A stretch of DNA of 64,000 bases, from assembly GCA_050008835.1 (NCBI GenBank), contig JBEKLV010000001.1, forward strand, positions 5,382-69,381, written 5' to 3'. The position numbers were made by a program, and so were the translations under genes. The stretch is from Bacteroidota bacterium. GTDB lineage: Bacteria; Bacteroidota; Ignavibacteria; UBA10030. The notes under the pieces were generated by a model. That model searched no databases, was not told the DNA's origin, and worked only from the letters and a program-made list of their open reading frames with translations. Below are positions 17,876 to 28,060 of the stretch, one piece after another. Positions within the stretch are counted from its first letter, which is position 1. The number at the start of each line of letters is the position of its first letter.

Positions 17876-20683
17876 TTAATTCCTCACAACCCCAAAAAGT
17901 GGGTAGCCTATGCTGAAGTATAAGACAAAAGGCCCAAAGCTCACCGGATGATGCAACAAATCAGTTCGGAGATAAAAACTTCGACCCAAAGAAAAATCAG
18001 CAGGGCCAATCGGCGTATCTAGCCCGAGCGTAATGCCAACGCCATGCTCAAAATCTTCTAAGCGCATTTCTTCTGTCTTTGCCCATACTGCTCCTATGTC
18101 GTAACGCGCTTTAAAGTACGTATCGAAGAAGATTGAGAATGGAAGCTTGTACTGGTATTCCAGACTCGCTACCATCAATTGCCTACCGCGTGCATTGTCC
18201 TCGCGAAATCCAAAGAAATTTTCCTGCCCGCCAAGCGAGAACTCCTCGCTAATGGGCAGAGTCTCATCCGCAACACCAATCATAAACCGCGGATGAAGCG
18301 TTTGATTCTTGAAAATGGTTTGATATTCTTCGTACGAGAAAAACATTTTTGTGAATCCTACTGCATTTACTAATTTTATTAATGCCGATTCATAAGAAAA
18401 ATTAATGACGACTCCATCAGTTGGGTAAGGCAATTTATCTTGTGTATCTATATTCGTTCTAAACCTTATGGATGAAATGTTGAATTCCTGATCTGTAAAA
18501 GGTTGGTTTTCGATGTTAAAGGTTTGGTTATAGATATTATACACTTTTTGCCTTTCTAATCTTCCCTCAACTGTAACGCTTCCCAACCGCTCGAGTTGCG
18601 TCCCAAAACTTGCTAAGCCGCCTTCCCGCACTTCCCGATATTCTCCGATTATTTCACGTTGAAACAGATATGGATCACTCGAAACTACGTTATCATAGAC
18701 ATTCACATCACGGACAAGATAAAATCCCCTCAAAGCAAACGTCAAGTAAGAATTGAAGATTCGGATCATTTTCAATTCTCCAAGATAAGTCTGGTTATTA
18801 GTGCCTCCACCAATTAGTAAGCCGAGTTCGGCGCCAGCTCCGAACAAATTTTCATTTCGAATGTCTATCGATGGCTGGATATTGCGTTCATTATCCACGC
18901 GCAGGCCGAAACGAATCAATTCCGTGCTTCGCTCCCGCGCCTTGATAGTAGTTATGTTGAGTTTTCCAGTGCTGTCTTCATGATGGGTTGTTACAAGTAT
19001 CTGCTCAAAAAGACTGGTGCCGTAAAGATTTGAGATTCCAGCGGCAACTTTAGAAATATTGAAAAGACTCTGATTATTAAATGGTAACTCTCGCCAAATA
19101 ATCCAATCGCGAGACTTTTTTGTGCCGCTGATATCAATGCGATATATCGTGCCTTCATCAAGTATAACTGTGGCTATAGTTGATAAAGAATCAAGTTGAA
19201 CATCGGTCACACGGGCAAGGGAATAGCCGGCAGTGCGGTAAATTGCAAGCAACCGTTCAATAGCTCGCTCCATCAACTCCGTGTTTATATAACTGCCGAA
19301 CAGTGGCTGGAATACAGTAAGCAGCGTGTCGGAACTAAAGACTCGATTACCCAGAATTTTTACATTATGAAGAATCGGATTATGTACGGTGCGGATTTCG
19401 ATCATTGTAGAATCGGCGTACTGTTCTACAATTCCATCCGCAGAAGCGTACTCACCATTGCTGTACAAATCGTTTATGAAACGGTGCAAGTCTATCTTTG
19501 TTATCCAACCGCGCCTCTCATACATTTGAAGACTATCTTGGAATGCCGGCGGCAACAAGCCTGACCAAGAAAACCGAGGCGACTCGTACCGCACGGCACT
19601 ATCCGCGCGATACAACTTGAGCGTGCGATCATCTATGATTTTTTTCAAAGCGGGGATTAATTCTTCGGCAGAAAATTCTCCAGCAGTAATCAACGAATCG
19701 GTACCAGTAAAATCAGAAGCCAAATGATCACCTAATCTCGGCGTAATAATTATATCTGCCTTTGCTCGTGCGAGCTTATTTGCTTCTTGCATCATAATCG
19801 TCGTAATCTGATCTGCAATTTCCCAAGGCGCATTGAGTTTGCTCTTTGGTCTTAGCGGACTTACCAAATCAACAGCAATAATAATATCTGCTTTTTCCGC
19901 AATGGCGACGTCCACGGGGAGATTATCTACTAAGCCTCCGTCAAGGAGCTGCATAGAATCGCGCGGCACACTGCTGAATATTAATGGGACTGACATGCTG
20001 GCACGCAATGCTTCTGTCATATCACTGCGATCTATCACGATCCTTTTTCCTGTGACAAGATCTGTTGTAACCGCACGAAATGGAATACGAAGATCATCAA
20101 AACTAGGATTAGGATGGTAAAGTCCCTGTAGTGTAAGGAGGTTGAGATAATTTGATAATCGTTGACCTGTGGAAAACGCTTGCGGAATAACTGGTTCCAG
20201 ACCTTCAAAACGTAATACAAGGATGCTCTTGTCGCGTGCAACTTTTTGATCGAAAAAGAGATCACGGCGTTTTGATTCATCACTGTAACTTAGAAGATCG
20301 TCCCAATTTGTCGTATCTACTAAACGTTGAAGCTGATCGGTTGAATATCCCATCGCGTACAAACCGCCTATTACACTACCCATGCTCGTACCGACAATCA
20401 GATCAGCAGGTATATTATTGTGTTCTAAAACTCGTAGTACACCAATAGCCGCGATACCGCGTGCGCCTCCGCCGCTGAGCACTAGTGCAATGCGCGGCCG
20501 CTGTACCGAATGGACGGGATTCAATTTAGGATATCGTGACTTCACTTCACGAATATCCGGCTCAATAATGGTTATGCGAGTCTGCGGTGTGGTAATGCCT
20601 TGCGCACGTACAAATAACGGCACAACAGAAAACAAAATTAGGATTATACGAAATATTTGTTGATGCACAGGGATAGGTACCAA
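17876..20683 (-). CDS. Patatin-like phospholipase fused to POTRA/Omp85 beta-barrel (PlpD-like, type Vd secretion architecture)
   Basis: LVLSGGGARGIAAIGV and GTSMGSVIGG (GxSxG) patatin motifs with the DGG catalytic Asp context, followed by POTRA-like repeats and an Omp85 barrel ending in aromatic residues. Confidence 0.8.
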   Translation of the reverse strand: MVPIPVHQQIFRIILILFSVVPLFVRAQGITTPQTRITIIEPDIREVKSRYPKLNPVHSVQRPRIALVLSGGGARGIAAIGVLRVLEHNNIPADLIVGTSMGSVIGGLYAMGYSTDQLQRLVDTTNWDDLLSYSDESKRRDLFFDQKVARDKSILVLRFEGLEPVIPQAFSTGQRLSNYLNLLTLQGLYHPNPSFDDLRIPFRAVTTDLVTGKRIVIDRSDMTEALRASMSVPLIFSSVPRDSMQLLDGGLVDNLPVDVAIAEKADIIIAVDLVSPLRPKSKLNAPWEIADQITTIMMQEANKLARAKADIIITPRLGDHLASDFTGTDSLITAGEFSAEELIPALKKIIDDRTLKLYRADSAVRYESPRFSWSGLLPPAFQDSLQMYERRGWITKIDLHRFINDLYSNGEYASADGIVEQYADSTMIEIRTVHNPILHNVKILGNRVFSSDTLLTVFQPLFGSYINTELMERAIERLLAIYRTAGYSLARVTDVQLDSLSTIATVILDEGTIYRIDISGTKKSRDWIIWRELPFNNQSLFNISKVAAGISNLYGTSLFEQILVTTHHEDSTGKLNITTIKARERSTELIRFGLRVDNERNIQPSIDIRNENLFGAGAELGLLIGGGTNNQTYLGELKMIRIFNSYLTFALRGFYLVRDVNVYDNVVSSDPYLFQREIIGEYREVREGGLASFGTQLERLGSVTVEGRLERQKVYNIYNQTFNIENQPFTDQEFNISSIRFRTNIDTQDKLPYPTDGVVINFSYESALIKLVNAVGFTKMFFSYEEYQTIFKNQTLHPRFMIGVADETLPISEEFSLGGQENFFGFREDNARGRQLMVASLEYQYKLPFSIFFDTYFKARYDIGAVWAKTEEMRLEDFEHGVGITLGLDTPIGPADFSLGRSFYLRTDLLHHPVSFGPFVLYFSIGYPLFGVVRN

Positions 20684-20817
20684 ATAATTTTCTATAAAAG
20701 AGTACCAAAAAATACGTCGAATTGCAACGGCACTTTAGATGAAAAGTCGAAGGATGGGTAATCAGTAAGCAGGTGTGGAATAATCTTGGAAAAAGTACAC
20801 TTTGGTTTTCTTATCTT

Positions 20818-21018
20818 TTATATTGCCCTATGCCCCTGAAGCATTCTAGCTGGCAGCATTATTAAGGCTCTAAGAAAAGCGAACAATCCGTTTACTGTTA
20901 GACCAATTAATCGGAATGGTAAAGTTAAAAGCCATACGAATGGATACAACACCAACGCAATCAGTGCTAATGGCCAACAAAAGATAAATAATATGATCCA
21001 AATTAGAAATGTAAGCAT
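20818..21018 (-). CDS. Small hydrophobic membrane peptide (66 aa, two predicted TM helices)
   Basis: MLTFLIWIILFIFCWPLALIALVLYPFVWLLTLPFRLIGLTVNGLFAFLRALIML; coding status uncertain. Confidence 0.3.
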   Translation of the reverse strand: MLTFLIWIILFIFCWPLALIALVLYPFVWLLTLPFRLIGLTVNGLFAFLRALIMLPARMLQGHRAI

Positions 21019-21373
21019 CTTATTACTCTACAGCTTTCTATTTCCTTACGATGACAAGTACGATTAAGTTGCGTCCAATAAACCTTTTTCATTACCAACA
21101 ATTCAGTCTTGTCTGATTTAAACGGTAAGTGCCACAAATAAATGAGGTTTTGAATGGATGCAAAAATTTTCTTGTTAACTACTGCTCAGGTAGAAGAACT
21201 CTATAAAGTGTTCAACTGCTTAGGTAGGTAATAGAAGTTTTCCCTGCTTGCGGCGCCATCAAAGACGGGAAGCCGACACTCCTCAATGACTTATCAAAGC
21301 TCTAATAGAAACGAATTCATATTGTGGAAGGCTATCCTTTCCCCATTGATATCGATTAAAACTCAGACGACTG

Positions 21374-22480
21374 TTATCCTTTGAAAAATGCTCTTACAAC
21401 CTTCGTCACATAATGCAATTGTTCATCTGACATTTCTGCAAAAAGAGGAAGAGACAATCCACACTTTGCCAATTTTTCAGTAATAGGACAGTCCCCCTTT
21501 TTATAACCTAATTCTTTAAAACAGGGTTGTAAATGCAACGGTATCGGATAATGCATCCCTGTAGAAATTCCGTTTTCCGATAAATGTCTTTCTAATGCAT
21601 CGCGTTTTGCCGTTTGAATAACGTATAGATGATACACATGTTTTCCATACGGCATCTCTTTCGGAATAATCAAATCTCCAACGCCTTCTAGCAAATCGTT
21701 GTATTTCTTAGCAACCTTACGGCGTTTTTCCGTCCAATCATCCAGATGTTTTAATTTAACACCGAGTACAGCTCCCTGTATCCCTTCCATACGATAATTG
21801 TGACCATATATTTCATATTCATATTTATTTACAGCACCGTGGGAGCGGATCATTCTTGCCTTTTTTGCCAGATCATCATCATTCGATGTAATTGCCCCGC
21901 CTTCACCATATGCACCCAGATTTTTCCCGGGATAGAAGCTAAACGATGCAATCTCACTCAAACCGCCCACGCGTTTCCCTTTGTACTCTGCAAAATGCGC
22001 CTGTGCACAATCCTCTATCAAGTGGATATTTTTGGCTTTTGCAATCTCGCGGATCGCATCGAGATCCGCCGGATGACCAAACAAATGAACTGCAACGATA
22101 GCTTTTGTGCGTGCAGTAATTGCGTCTTCGATTTTTTCTGGATCAATATTATAGCATTCCGCGGAACAATCGACAAAGACTGGCGTTGCACCGCAAAGAG
22201 TTGCGCCCCATGCGGTAGCAACAAACGTATTCGCAGGAACAATCACTTCATCACCTGGTCCTATGCCTAATGTCCAAGCCGCCAAATGATTGCCGGCAGT
22301 TCCAGATCCAAGGGCCACACAATGTTTGACATCGAGTGCCTTGGCAAAATTTGCTTCAAAGTCAGAAACAGATTTCCCAAGAACAAATGCACTATGCTCA
22401 AGGATATCAAGAATCGCGCTATCGATCTCAGATTTTATGGAATGATATTGAGCTTTCAGATCTAAAAAAGGTACATTCAT
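21374..22480 (-). CDS. DegT/DnrJ/EryC1/StrS-family PLP-dependent sugar aminotransferase
   Basis: FLDLKAQY start, GSGTAGNHLA, and the Lys-containing region SFYPGKNLGAYGEGGAITS. Confidence 0.85.
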   Translation of the reverse strand: MNVPFLDLKAQYHSIKSEIDSAILDILEHSAFVLGKSVSDFEANFAKALDVKHCVALGSGTAGNHLAAWTLGIGPGDEVIVPANTFVATAWGATLCGATPVFVDCSAECYNIDPEKIEDAITARTKAIVAVHLFGHPADLDAIREIAKAKNIHLIEDCAQAHFAEYKGKRVGGLSEIASFSFYPGKNLGAYGEGGAITSNDDDLAKKARMIRSHGAVNKYEYEIYGHNYRMEGIQGAVLGVKLKHLDDWTEKRRKVAKKYNDLLEGVGDLIIPKEMPYGKHVYHLYVIQTAKRDALERHLSENGISTGMHYPIPLHLQPCFKELGYKKGDCPITEKLAKCGLSLPLFAEMSDEQLHYVTKVVRAFFKG

Positions 22481-22713
22481 CCTGAATCCTGCGTGAAAAA
22501 TGTTAAAAATTCTTTCCCCTAAGAGACATCAAATTTTTCGAATCTTTATTGGGTTATAACCTATCTCCAAATGACGAGCCAATGATAAGTTAGTATTTTT
22601 TAAATATCAAGCATTGGCAACCTGAAAGAGGAAATATGATTCTGGTACCGATGGAAAATATCCTAAAACAATGTATAATCTGATTCCGTAGATAAGGCGT
22701 GCTCCATTATGTA

Positions 22714-23469
22714 TCAAATTTTATTTCTTTTGAAAAGTTCCTGAATGAAATAGAGAATAAATAACGGCAGTGTTCTCAGGTAACGTATCCCCATTTTGCG
22801 CGGCTGCTGCAATAAACGGAAGAACCACTCCAGAGCAATAAATTGAAAAAATTTCGGTGCTCTCTTGATATCACCAAGATAAAATCGAAAGGCCGCGCCC
22901 ACGCCCACAATCACACCATGTTTTAGTTTGTCATGATTCCGGTACATCCACACTGCTTGCTTGGTATTACCTAGACTTACCCAAATGAAATCGGGATTTG
23001 ACTCTCTTATCTTAGATAAAATTTGCATGTTTATATCATCCCCCCACTCTCCGAACGGCGGGCTGAACCACCCGCTGATGGTAATGTTCGGGAATTCTCT
23101 TCGAATCTTGCAGACTAATCTTTCAAGTGCTTCCTCCGTGTCTCCCATGAAGAAATGAGATATTCTGTGACCCTCTGTCGACTTAAGCACATTTGTCATA
23201 AAATCCGGCCCTGCGACCCTTTCTATTTCGATATCACCCTTCAATCGAGCAAATATTGAAAGTGGGCGTCCATCAGGAATGCAGAGTGCAGAATTGTTAA
23301 TAGCCTCCTTCAGTAAAGGAGATCTCCGTGATGCAACAACTATGTGACCGGCATCGATAACACAAATATATTCGCATTTGCTTTTCCTATAGCTGTCGAC
23401 AACAAAGGCTGTCGCAGAACGCATATTACACGATGTCACCTTAACGCCTTTAAAATAGAAATCTTTCAT
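22714..23469 (-). CDS. WecG/TagA/CpsF-family glycosyltransferase (GT26)
   Basis: 251 aa; C-terminal FYLGDIKRAPKFFQFIALEWFFRLLQQPRK is the GT26 signature. Confidence 0.8.
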   Translation of the reverse strand: MKDFYFKGVKVTSCNMRSATAFVVDSYRKSKCEYICVIDAGHIVVASRRSPLLKEAINNSALCIPDGRPLSIFARLKGDIEIERVAGPDFMTNVLKSTEGHRISHFFMGDTEEALERLVCKIRREFPNITISGWFSPPFGEWGDDINMQILSKIRESNPDFIWVSLGNTKQAVWMYRNHDKLKHGVIVGVGAAFRFYLGDIKRAPKFFQFIALEWFFRLLQQPRKMGIRYLRTLPLFILYFIQELFKRNKI

Positions 23470-23507
23470 GCTGTATTCTTTTTAGCTCATAATTTTGAAC
23501 GGTTCAC

Positions 23508-24497
23508 CTATCTTTCATAACCTATTGGCCACGAAAGACCAATCCGTTTTAATTTATTTTTGTAAAAAATAAATCCTCGTCCCATTAATAATCCTAAGTA
23601 CATACCGCGGAAATTATGTGAAATATACGAAACGCGATATCCCGGAAAGACAGCGCGAATGTCATTATAAGCTTTATTTAGGCTTTCTATATATGGGAGA
23701 TAGATAATCTTCAAAATATTTTTTTTTAGATATATTCTTCGAACTGGAATAAAAATATTTGTCTTCAAAAAGAGTAATCTGGCAAAATGATAAACAATTA
23801 AAGGTTCATCCTCAATCCAAATTCCTAGACTATTCTTTATAAGGGTATATTGAGAAATATTCCACGGAGCTGCACCAACACCCTTATGTTGAATGACATG
23901 CACATTATTAAATAGTCTCGGGAATTCATCAAGATATTTTTGATCTCCCCAAACGCCATTTCCCCTCTGAGTACTCATAAAAGTCATTTCTGCCCACCAA
24001 TTCAAACAGGCTATTCCATTCTCAGTATTACGGAAATGAACAAAGCATACATTATAGTGTCCATAGAGTTCTAGTTCTTTTTTAGCATTTTCAAAATTAT
24101 GAGGGACTATGACAACATCAGCATTTTCATTTTCATTGAACAATTCCCTTGAATCCATAAAGAAAAACATGTCGGCGTCTATATAAGTAATAGAATAGGC
24201 ATTTCCCATTTCACGAAAGATATACTGGAGCAAACTCGGAGTGCAAGTGTAATAATACTCAATTAGGGAACGATTCCTAAATGTTTCTCGTTGTTTTGGC
24301 ATTTTTTCTAAAAATTCGCCGTGGGATATTAACTTCACATTTTTATGTTTTAGGCTCGAAAGGACTTGATAGGTAACATCATCAAGGCAGAGAACCCAAA
24401 GTAGGAATGACTCTTTTTCGTGAGTAATCAGAGATTGGTATAATGATATTCCTTGTGGTAAATATGCTTTATCAAAATAAGTGCAGAAGTGTTTCAA
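23508..24497 (-). CDS. Putative GT-A fold glycosyltransferase (DxD-type)
   Basis: YIDADMFF DxD-like motif and a nucleotide-sugar transferase-like N-terminal region; ends in a genuine TAG stop. Confidence 0.4.
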   Translation of the reverse strand: MKHFCTYFDKAYLPQGISLYQSLITHEKESFLLWVLCLDDVTYQVLSSLKHKNVKLISHGEFLEKMPKQRETFRNRSLIEYYYTCTPSLLQYIFREMGNAYSITYIDADMFFFMDSRELFNENENADVVIVPHNFENAKKELELYGHYNVCFVHFRNTENGIACLNWWAEMTFMSTQRGNGVWGDQKYLDEFPRLFNNVHVIQHKGVGAAPWNISQYTLIKNSLGIWIEDEPLIVYHFARLLFLKTNIFIPVRRIYLKKNILKIIYLPYIESLNKAYNDIRAVFPGYRVSYISHNFRGMYLGLLMGRGFIFYKNKLKRIGLSWPIGYER

Positions 24498-24545
24498 CTC
24501 ATTGCCTTTTAGCTACAGTCTTCACAAATCACAAAAAAGATCTGC

Positions 24546-25631
24546 TTAAAACGAATTAATGTTTTCGATAATATAATTCACGGCTTGATCATCCAATCCA
24601 GGATAGAGTGGTAAGCTCAATACTTCTCTTGAAGCTTTTTCAGTGTTTAATAAATCCATAGAATTATCGAAATATCCAGGCTGCAAATGAACCGGCACCG
24701 GATAATGTATTAGCGTTCCAATACCTTTGTCTTGCAAGTAATTCTTTAATGCATCCCTGTCTGAACAACGAACGACAAACAAATGGAACACATGTATTTC
24801 ATTTCCAACGAACGGCTTCGTCACTTTTTTATTGGATATTTCGGCAAGATATTTTCCCGCTATATTCATTCTTTGAGCGATTAAGGCATCAAGATGTCTT
24901 AATTTTACCCTGAGAATTGCCGCTTGTATTTCATCAAGCCGAGAGTTCCAACCGCGGCATGAACTAACATATCTTTCTTTCCATCCATATTGTCGCAAGA
25001 GAATGACCTTATCATATATCTCCTTAGAATTCGTAACCACCATTCCCCCGTCTCCGAACCCCCCAAGATTTTTTGTCGGATAGAAACTAAAACAACCTGC
25101 AGCACCGAATGTCCCGACATGATGCCCCGCGTATCGGCATCCATGTGCATGAGCACAATCCTCGATGACTAAAGCCCCGTTCATTTTTGCAATTTCAAGG
25201 ATGCGATTCATCTTTGCAGGTTTCCCGTATAAATGAACCGGAAGAATACACTTTGTCTTCTTACTTAACCGCGCGAGAATCTTTGACTCATCCATGGTGT
25301 ACGTTGATGGGTCAATATCGACAAAGACGGGAACAGCTCCTGTTTGAACAATGGCTGCAACTGTTGCAACTGACGTATGAGATACGGTAATTACTTCGTC
25401 GCCTTTCCCAATATTGTTCGCTATCAATGCCAAATAAAGTGCATCCGTTCCGGATCCTACGCCGACCGCATATTGAGACCCAACATAGCAAGCAAATTCT
25501 TTTTCAAATGAAGAGACCTCTTCGCCGAGAATATATTCGCCCTTATGTAAAACTTCCTTCAGAGCATTCTCTATTTCGTCTTTAAAAAGAAGATATTCAC
25601 AAACCGGATTAACGGGTAATATCTTAACCAT
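24546..25631 (-). CDS. DegT/DnrJ/EryC1/StrS-family PLP-dependent sugar aminotransferase (second copy)
   Basis: GVGSGTDALYLAL, FSFYPTKNLGGFGDGGMVVTN. Confidence 0.85.
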   Translation of the reverse strand: MVKILPVNPVCEYLLFKDEIENALKEVLHKGEYILGEEVSSFEKEFACYVGSQYAVGVGSGTDALYLALIANNIGKGDEVITVSHTSVATVAAIVQTGAVPVFVDIDPSTYTMDESKILARLSKKTKCILPVHLYGKPAKMNRILEIAKMNGALVIEDCAHAHGCRYAGHHVGTFGAAGCFSFYPTKNLGGFGDGGMVVTNSKEIYDKVILLRQYGWKERYVSSCRGWNSRLDEIQAAILRVKLRHLDALIAQRMNIAGKYLAEISNKKVTKPFVGNEIHVFHLFVVRCSDRDALKNYLQDKGIGTLIHYPVPVHLQPGYFDNSMDLLNTEKASREVLSLPLYPGLDDQAVNYIIENINSF

Positions 25632-25639
25632 GCTTATCC

Positions 25640-26656
25640 TTAAAAATAATATTCGCTGTTAGATTTATAAAATTCAATTGTTCTTTTTAGCCCTTCTGCA
25701 AGTACGACCGTAGGCTGCCAACACGTTAATGAGCGAAAGAGATGATCATCAGTATAGTAATCTCCGATATCTATTTTTTTCTCTTCCGGAGGGTATGGTA
25801 CTATTTGAGAGGTGCCTGATTGATTTATTTTCACGATCAAATCTGCCAGTGTCAATAAATCCATTTTTTCCATTCCGCCTACATTGAGTGCCTTTCCCTC
25901 GGTCAACGGTGAAAGTGCGGCATATAATAGCGCAGTGATTGCATCATCTATATATATAAAATCCCTTATTTGTTTTCCACTTCCGTATACGAGTAATGGT
26001 TTATTTGTTAAAACATTTTTAATCCATATTCCAATAAATGTTTGACGTGCATCTTTAACTCTCATTCCCGGGCCATAGGTATTTGTTAAACGCAAAGCAC
26101 ACGATCGAATGCCATACACATTGTTATAGAGAATATGAAATTGCTCTCCTGCGAGTTTGTTAATACCATTTACATCGATCGGATTTGGGGGATGCTTTTC
26201 ATCCACGGGTAAATACAACGGCTTGCCATATATTTGCCGGGTGCTCGCAAAGACGATCTTAATTTCAGGGTTATTTTTTCGACACGCTTCAAGAATCGAC
26301 AATTGTGCCTTTGTATTTATATCCAAATCCGTATATGGATCCGACATTGAATCTTGATGACTCGTTTGACCGGCCAAATTAAATAAATAATCTATATCTC
26401 GAACTAAGTAATGCATACTGTCTTCATCTCTGACGTCGGCAATGTTAACTTTGATCTTATCTTTAAAATTGAAAATATTTCTTATGTTCCCGCCATATTC
26501 CGGCATAAGATTGTCGACGAGCGTTACTTGCGCCCCAATTTCTACAAGTTTTTTCGCCATATTTGAGCCAATAAAACCTAACCCACCGGTAATTAAAATT
26601 TTTTTATCGGAAAAAGGATACATAAAGTTTGTGACAGTTATCGTTTGTGTTTGCAT
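25640..26656 (-). CDS. NAD-dependent sugar epimerase/dehydratase (extended SDR)
   Basis: KKILITGGLGFIGSNMAKKL Rossmann motif; 338 aa, UDP-sugar 4-epimerase / 4,6-dehydratase / UXS-like. Confidence 0.8.
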   Translation of the reverse strand: MQTQTITVTNFMYPFSDKKILITGGLGFIGSNMAKKLVEIGAQVTLVDNLMPEYGGNIRNIFNFKDKIKVNIADVRDEDSMHYLVRDIDYLFNLAGQTSHQDSMSDPYTDLDINTKAQLSILEACRKNNPEIKIVFASTRQIYGKPLYLPVDEKHPPNPIDVNGINKLAGEQFHILYNNVYGIRSCALRLTNTYGPGMRVKDARQTFIGIWIKNVLTNKPLLVYGSGKQIRDFIYIDDAITALLYAALSPLTEGKALNVGGMEKMDLLTLADLIVKINQSGTSQIVPYPPEEKKIDIGDYYTDDHLFRSLTCWQPTVVLAEGLKRTIEFYKSNSEYYF

Positions 26657-26899
26657 AAAGGCAAGTTGTCCACCACGATATTCGTATGATTTTTTTGAGA
26701 TATTAAAAATATTAGAATGAAGAGCATATACTTTTAGAAATCACTTTTACGCCAGAAGCGCATTAGCTCGACAGAGTGTGTTGCAGTCTGACGACCTTTA
26801 GCTGAATATCTAATGAGCATGGAACATCTATAAGATAATATATAAAGAACTTTTTGTATATTATCATCAATTTCTCATAAAAACTTTGACGAAGCCTCG

Positions 26900-27793
26900 A
26901 TGATCGAAAAAAGTTCGTACACAAAAAGATTCCCCAAAAAACATATGAGAATAATCGTTTATGTTCTCAACATGTTTAAGATCAAAGAAATCCTTCGATC
27001 GATTCCATTGCGGGTGATTAAACGCCTCTTTCAATACGAATATATTCCGGAAGGATGGCACTACGCAGAGAATCACCCGGTTGTACGAGGATGGGATGTT
27101 GAGGATGTCGCTGCCGTTTATAGGCTGAAGTGGCAAAAGTTTGTAACCATGGTGGAAGGTTCAGGCCCACTGGGTTTTTCGCATGAGTCAGACTTGATGT
27201 CCGATACCGATCTCTATTCGCATAATGTTATAATGTCTTTTGGCTATGTGCTCTGTCTTGCCTCTCGGGCTAAAAAGGAAATTTCGATACTCGACTGGGG
27301 GGGCGGATCAGGTCATTACTATGTATTAGCAAAAGCGTTACTTCCAGGTGTTACAATAGACTACCACTGTAAGGATCTACCGAAATTAGCCGCACTTGGC
27401 CGCGAGCTGCTCCCGGGCCAGCACTTCTATATCGATGACACATGCTTTGAAAGAAAGTATGATCTTGTAATCGCGAGTGATTCTTTCCAGTATAGTAAGA
27501 ATTGGCCGGAAATTTTAGAAAAACTGGCAAACGTTACATTGTCTCACTTGTATATCGCGCGGCTCCCCGTAATCCCGACTGCAGACTCTTTCGTCTTTGT
27601 ACAACGGCCTTATCAATATGGTTATAACACCGAGTATCTTGGCTGGTGTCTTAATGCGAAGGATTTTTTGAAGTGTGCAGATTCATTAAAGCTCACACTG
27701 GTGCGTGAATTCGATTACGGTTATAGCGCATTTATTCTCAATGCACCAGAACACAACCAAGAGCGCGGCTTTCTTTTTACTACACCTCTTTAA
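26900..27793 (+). CDS. Class I SAM-dependent methyltransferase
   Basis: ILDWGGGSGHYY motif I; plus strand, opposite to the bulk of the locus; contains a G7 homopolymer. Confidence 0.6.
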   Translation: MIEKSSYTKRFPKKHMRIIVYVLNMFKIKEILRSIPLRVIKRLFQYEYIPEGWHYAENHPVVRGWDVEDVAAVYRLKWQKFVTMVEGSGPLGFSHESDLMSDTDLYSHNVIMSFGYVLCLASRAKKEISILDWGGGSGHYYVLAKALLPGVTIDYHCKDLPKLAALGRELLPGQHFYIDDTCFERKYDLVIASDSFQYSKNWPEILEKLANVTLSHLYIARLPVIPTADSFVFVQRPYQYGYNTEYLGWCLNAKDFLKCADSLKLTLVREFDYGYSAFILNAPEHNQERGFLFTTPL

Positions 27794-27985
27794 CATTCAC
27801 AAATGGTTAGTGACATTCGGGATAACGTCGATTTGACAAGTAAGGAGGTGTGCTGAAGGATTTGACACAGCAAATATCATAAATAATACTTTTTATCAGA
27901 GCTCTTATTCTGAGTTTGTGCTGAAATATTTCCATTTAGCGTACTTAATATGAACATTTTTAAAAGGATAATAAAAATTCGCGAA

Positions 27986-28049
27986 AGGTTCAAAAAGGTC
28001 AAAGGGTTAATGCAATTCCTCAGAAGGTTCAAAGGGTTAATGCAACTCC
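27986..28049 (+). repeat. Two ~26-bp direct repeats aggt(t)caaagggttaatgcaaytcc (period 28) preceded by a partial copy
   Basis: Read directly at 27996-28021 and 28024-28049; immediately upstream of the likely ATG (28061) of the next methyltransferase. Confidence 0.55.
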
Positions 28050-28060
28050 AAAATAGGTTT

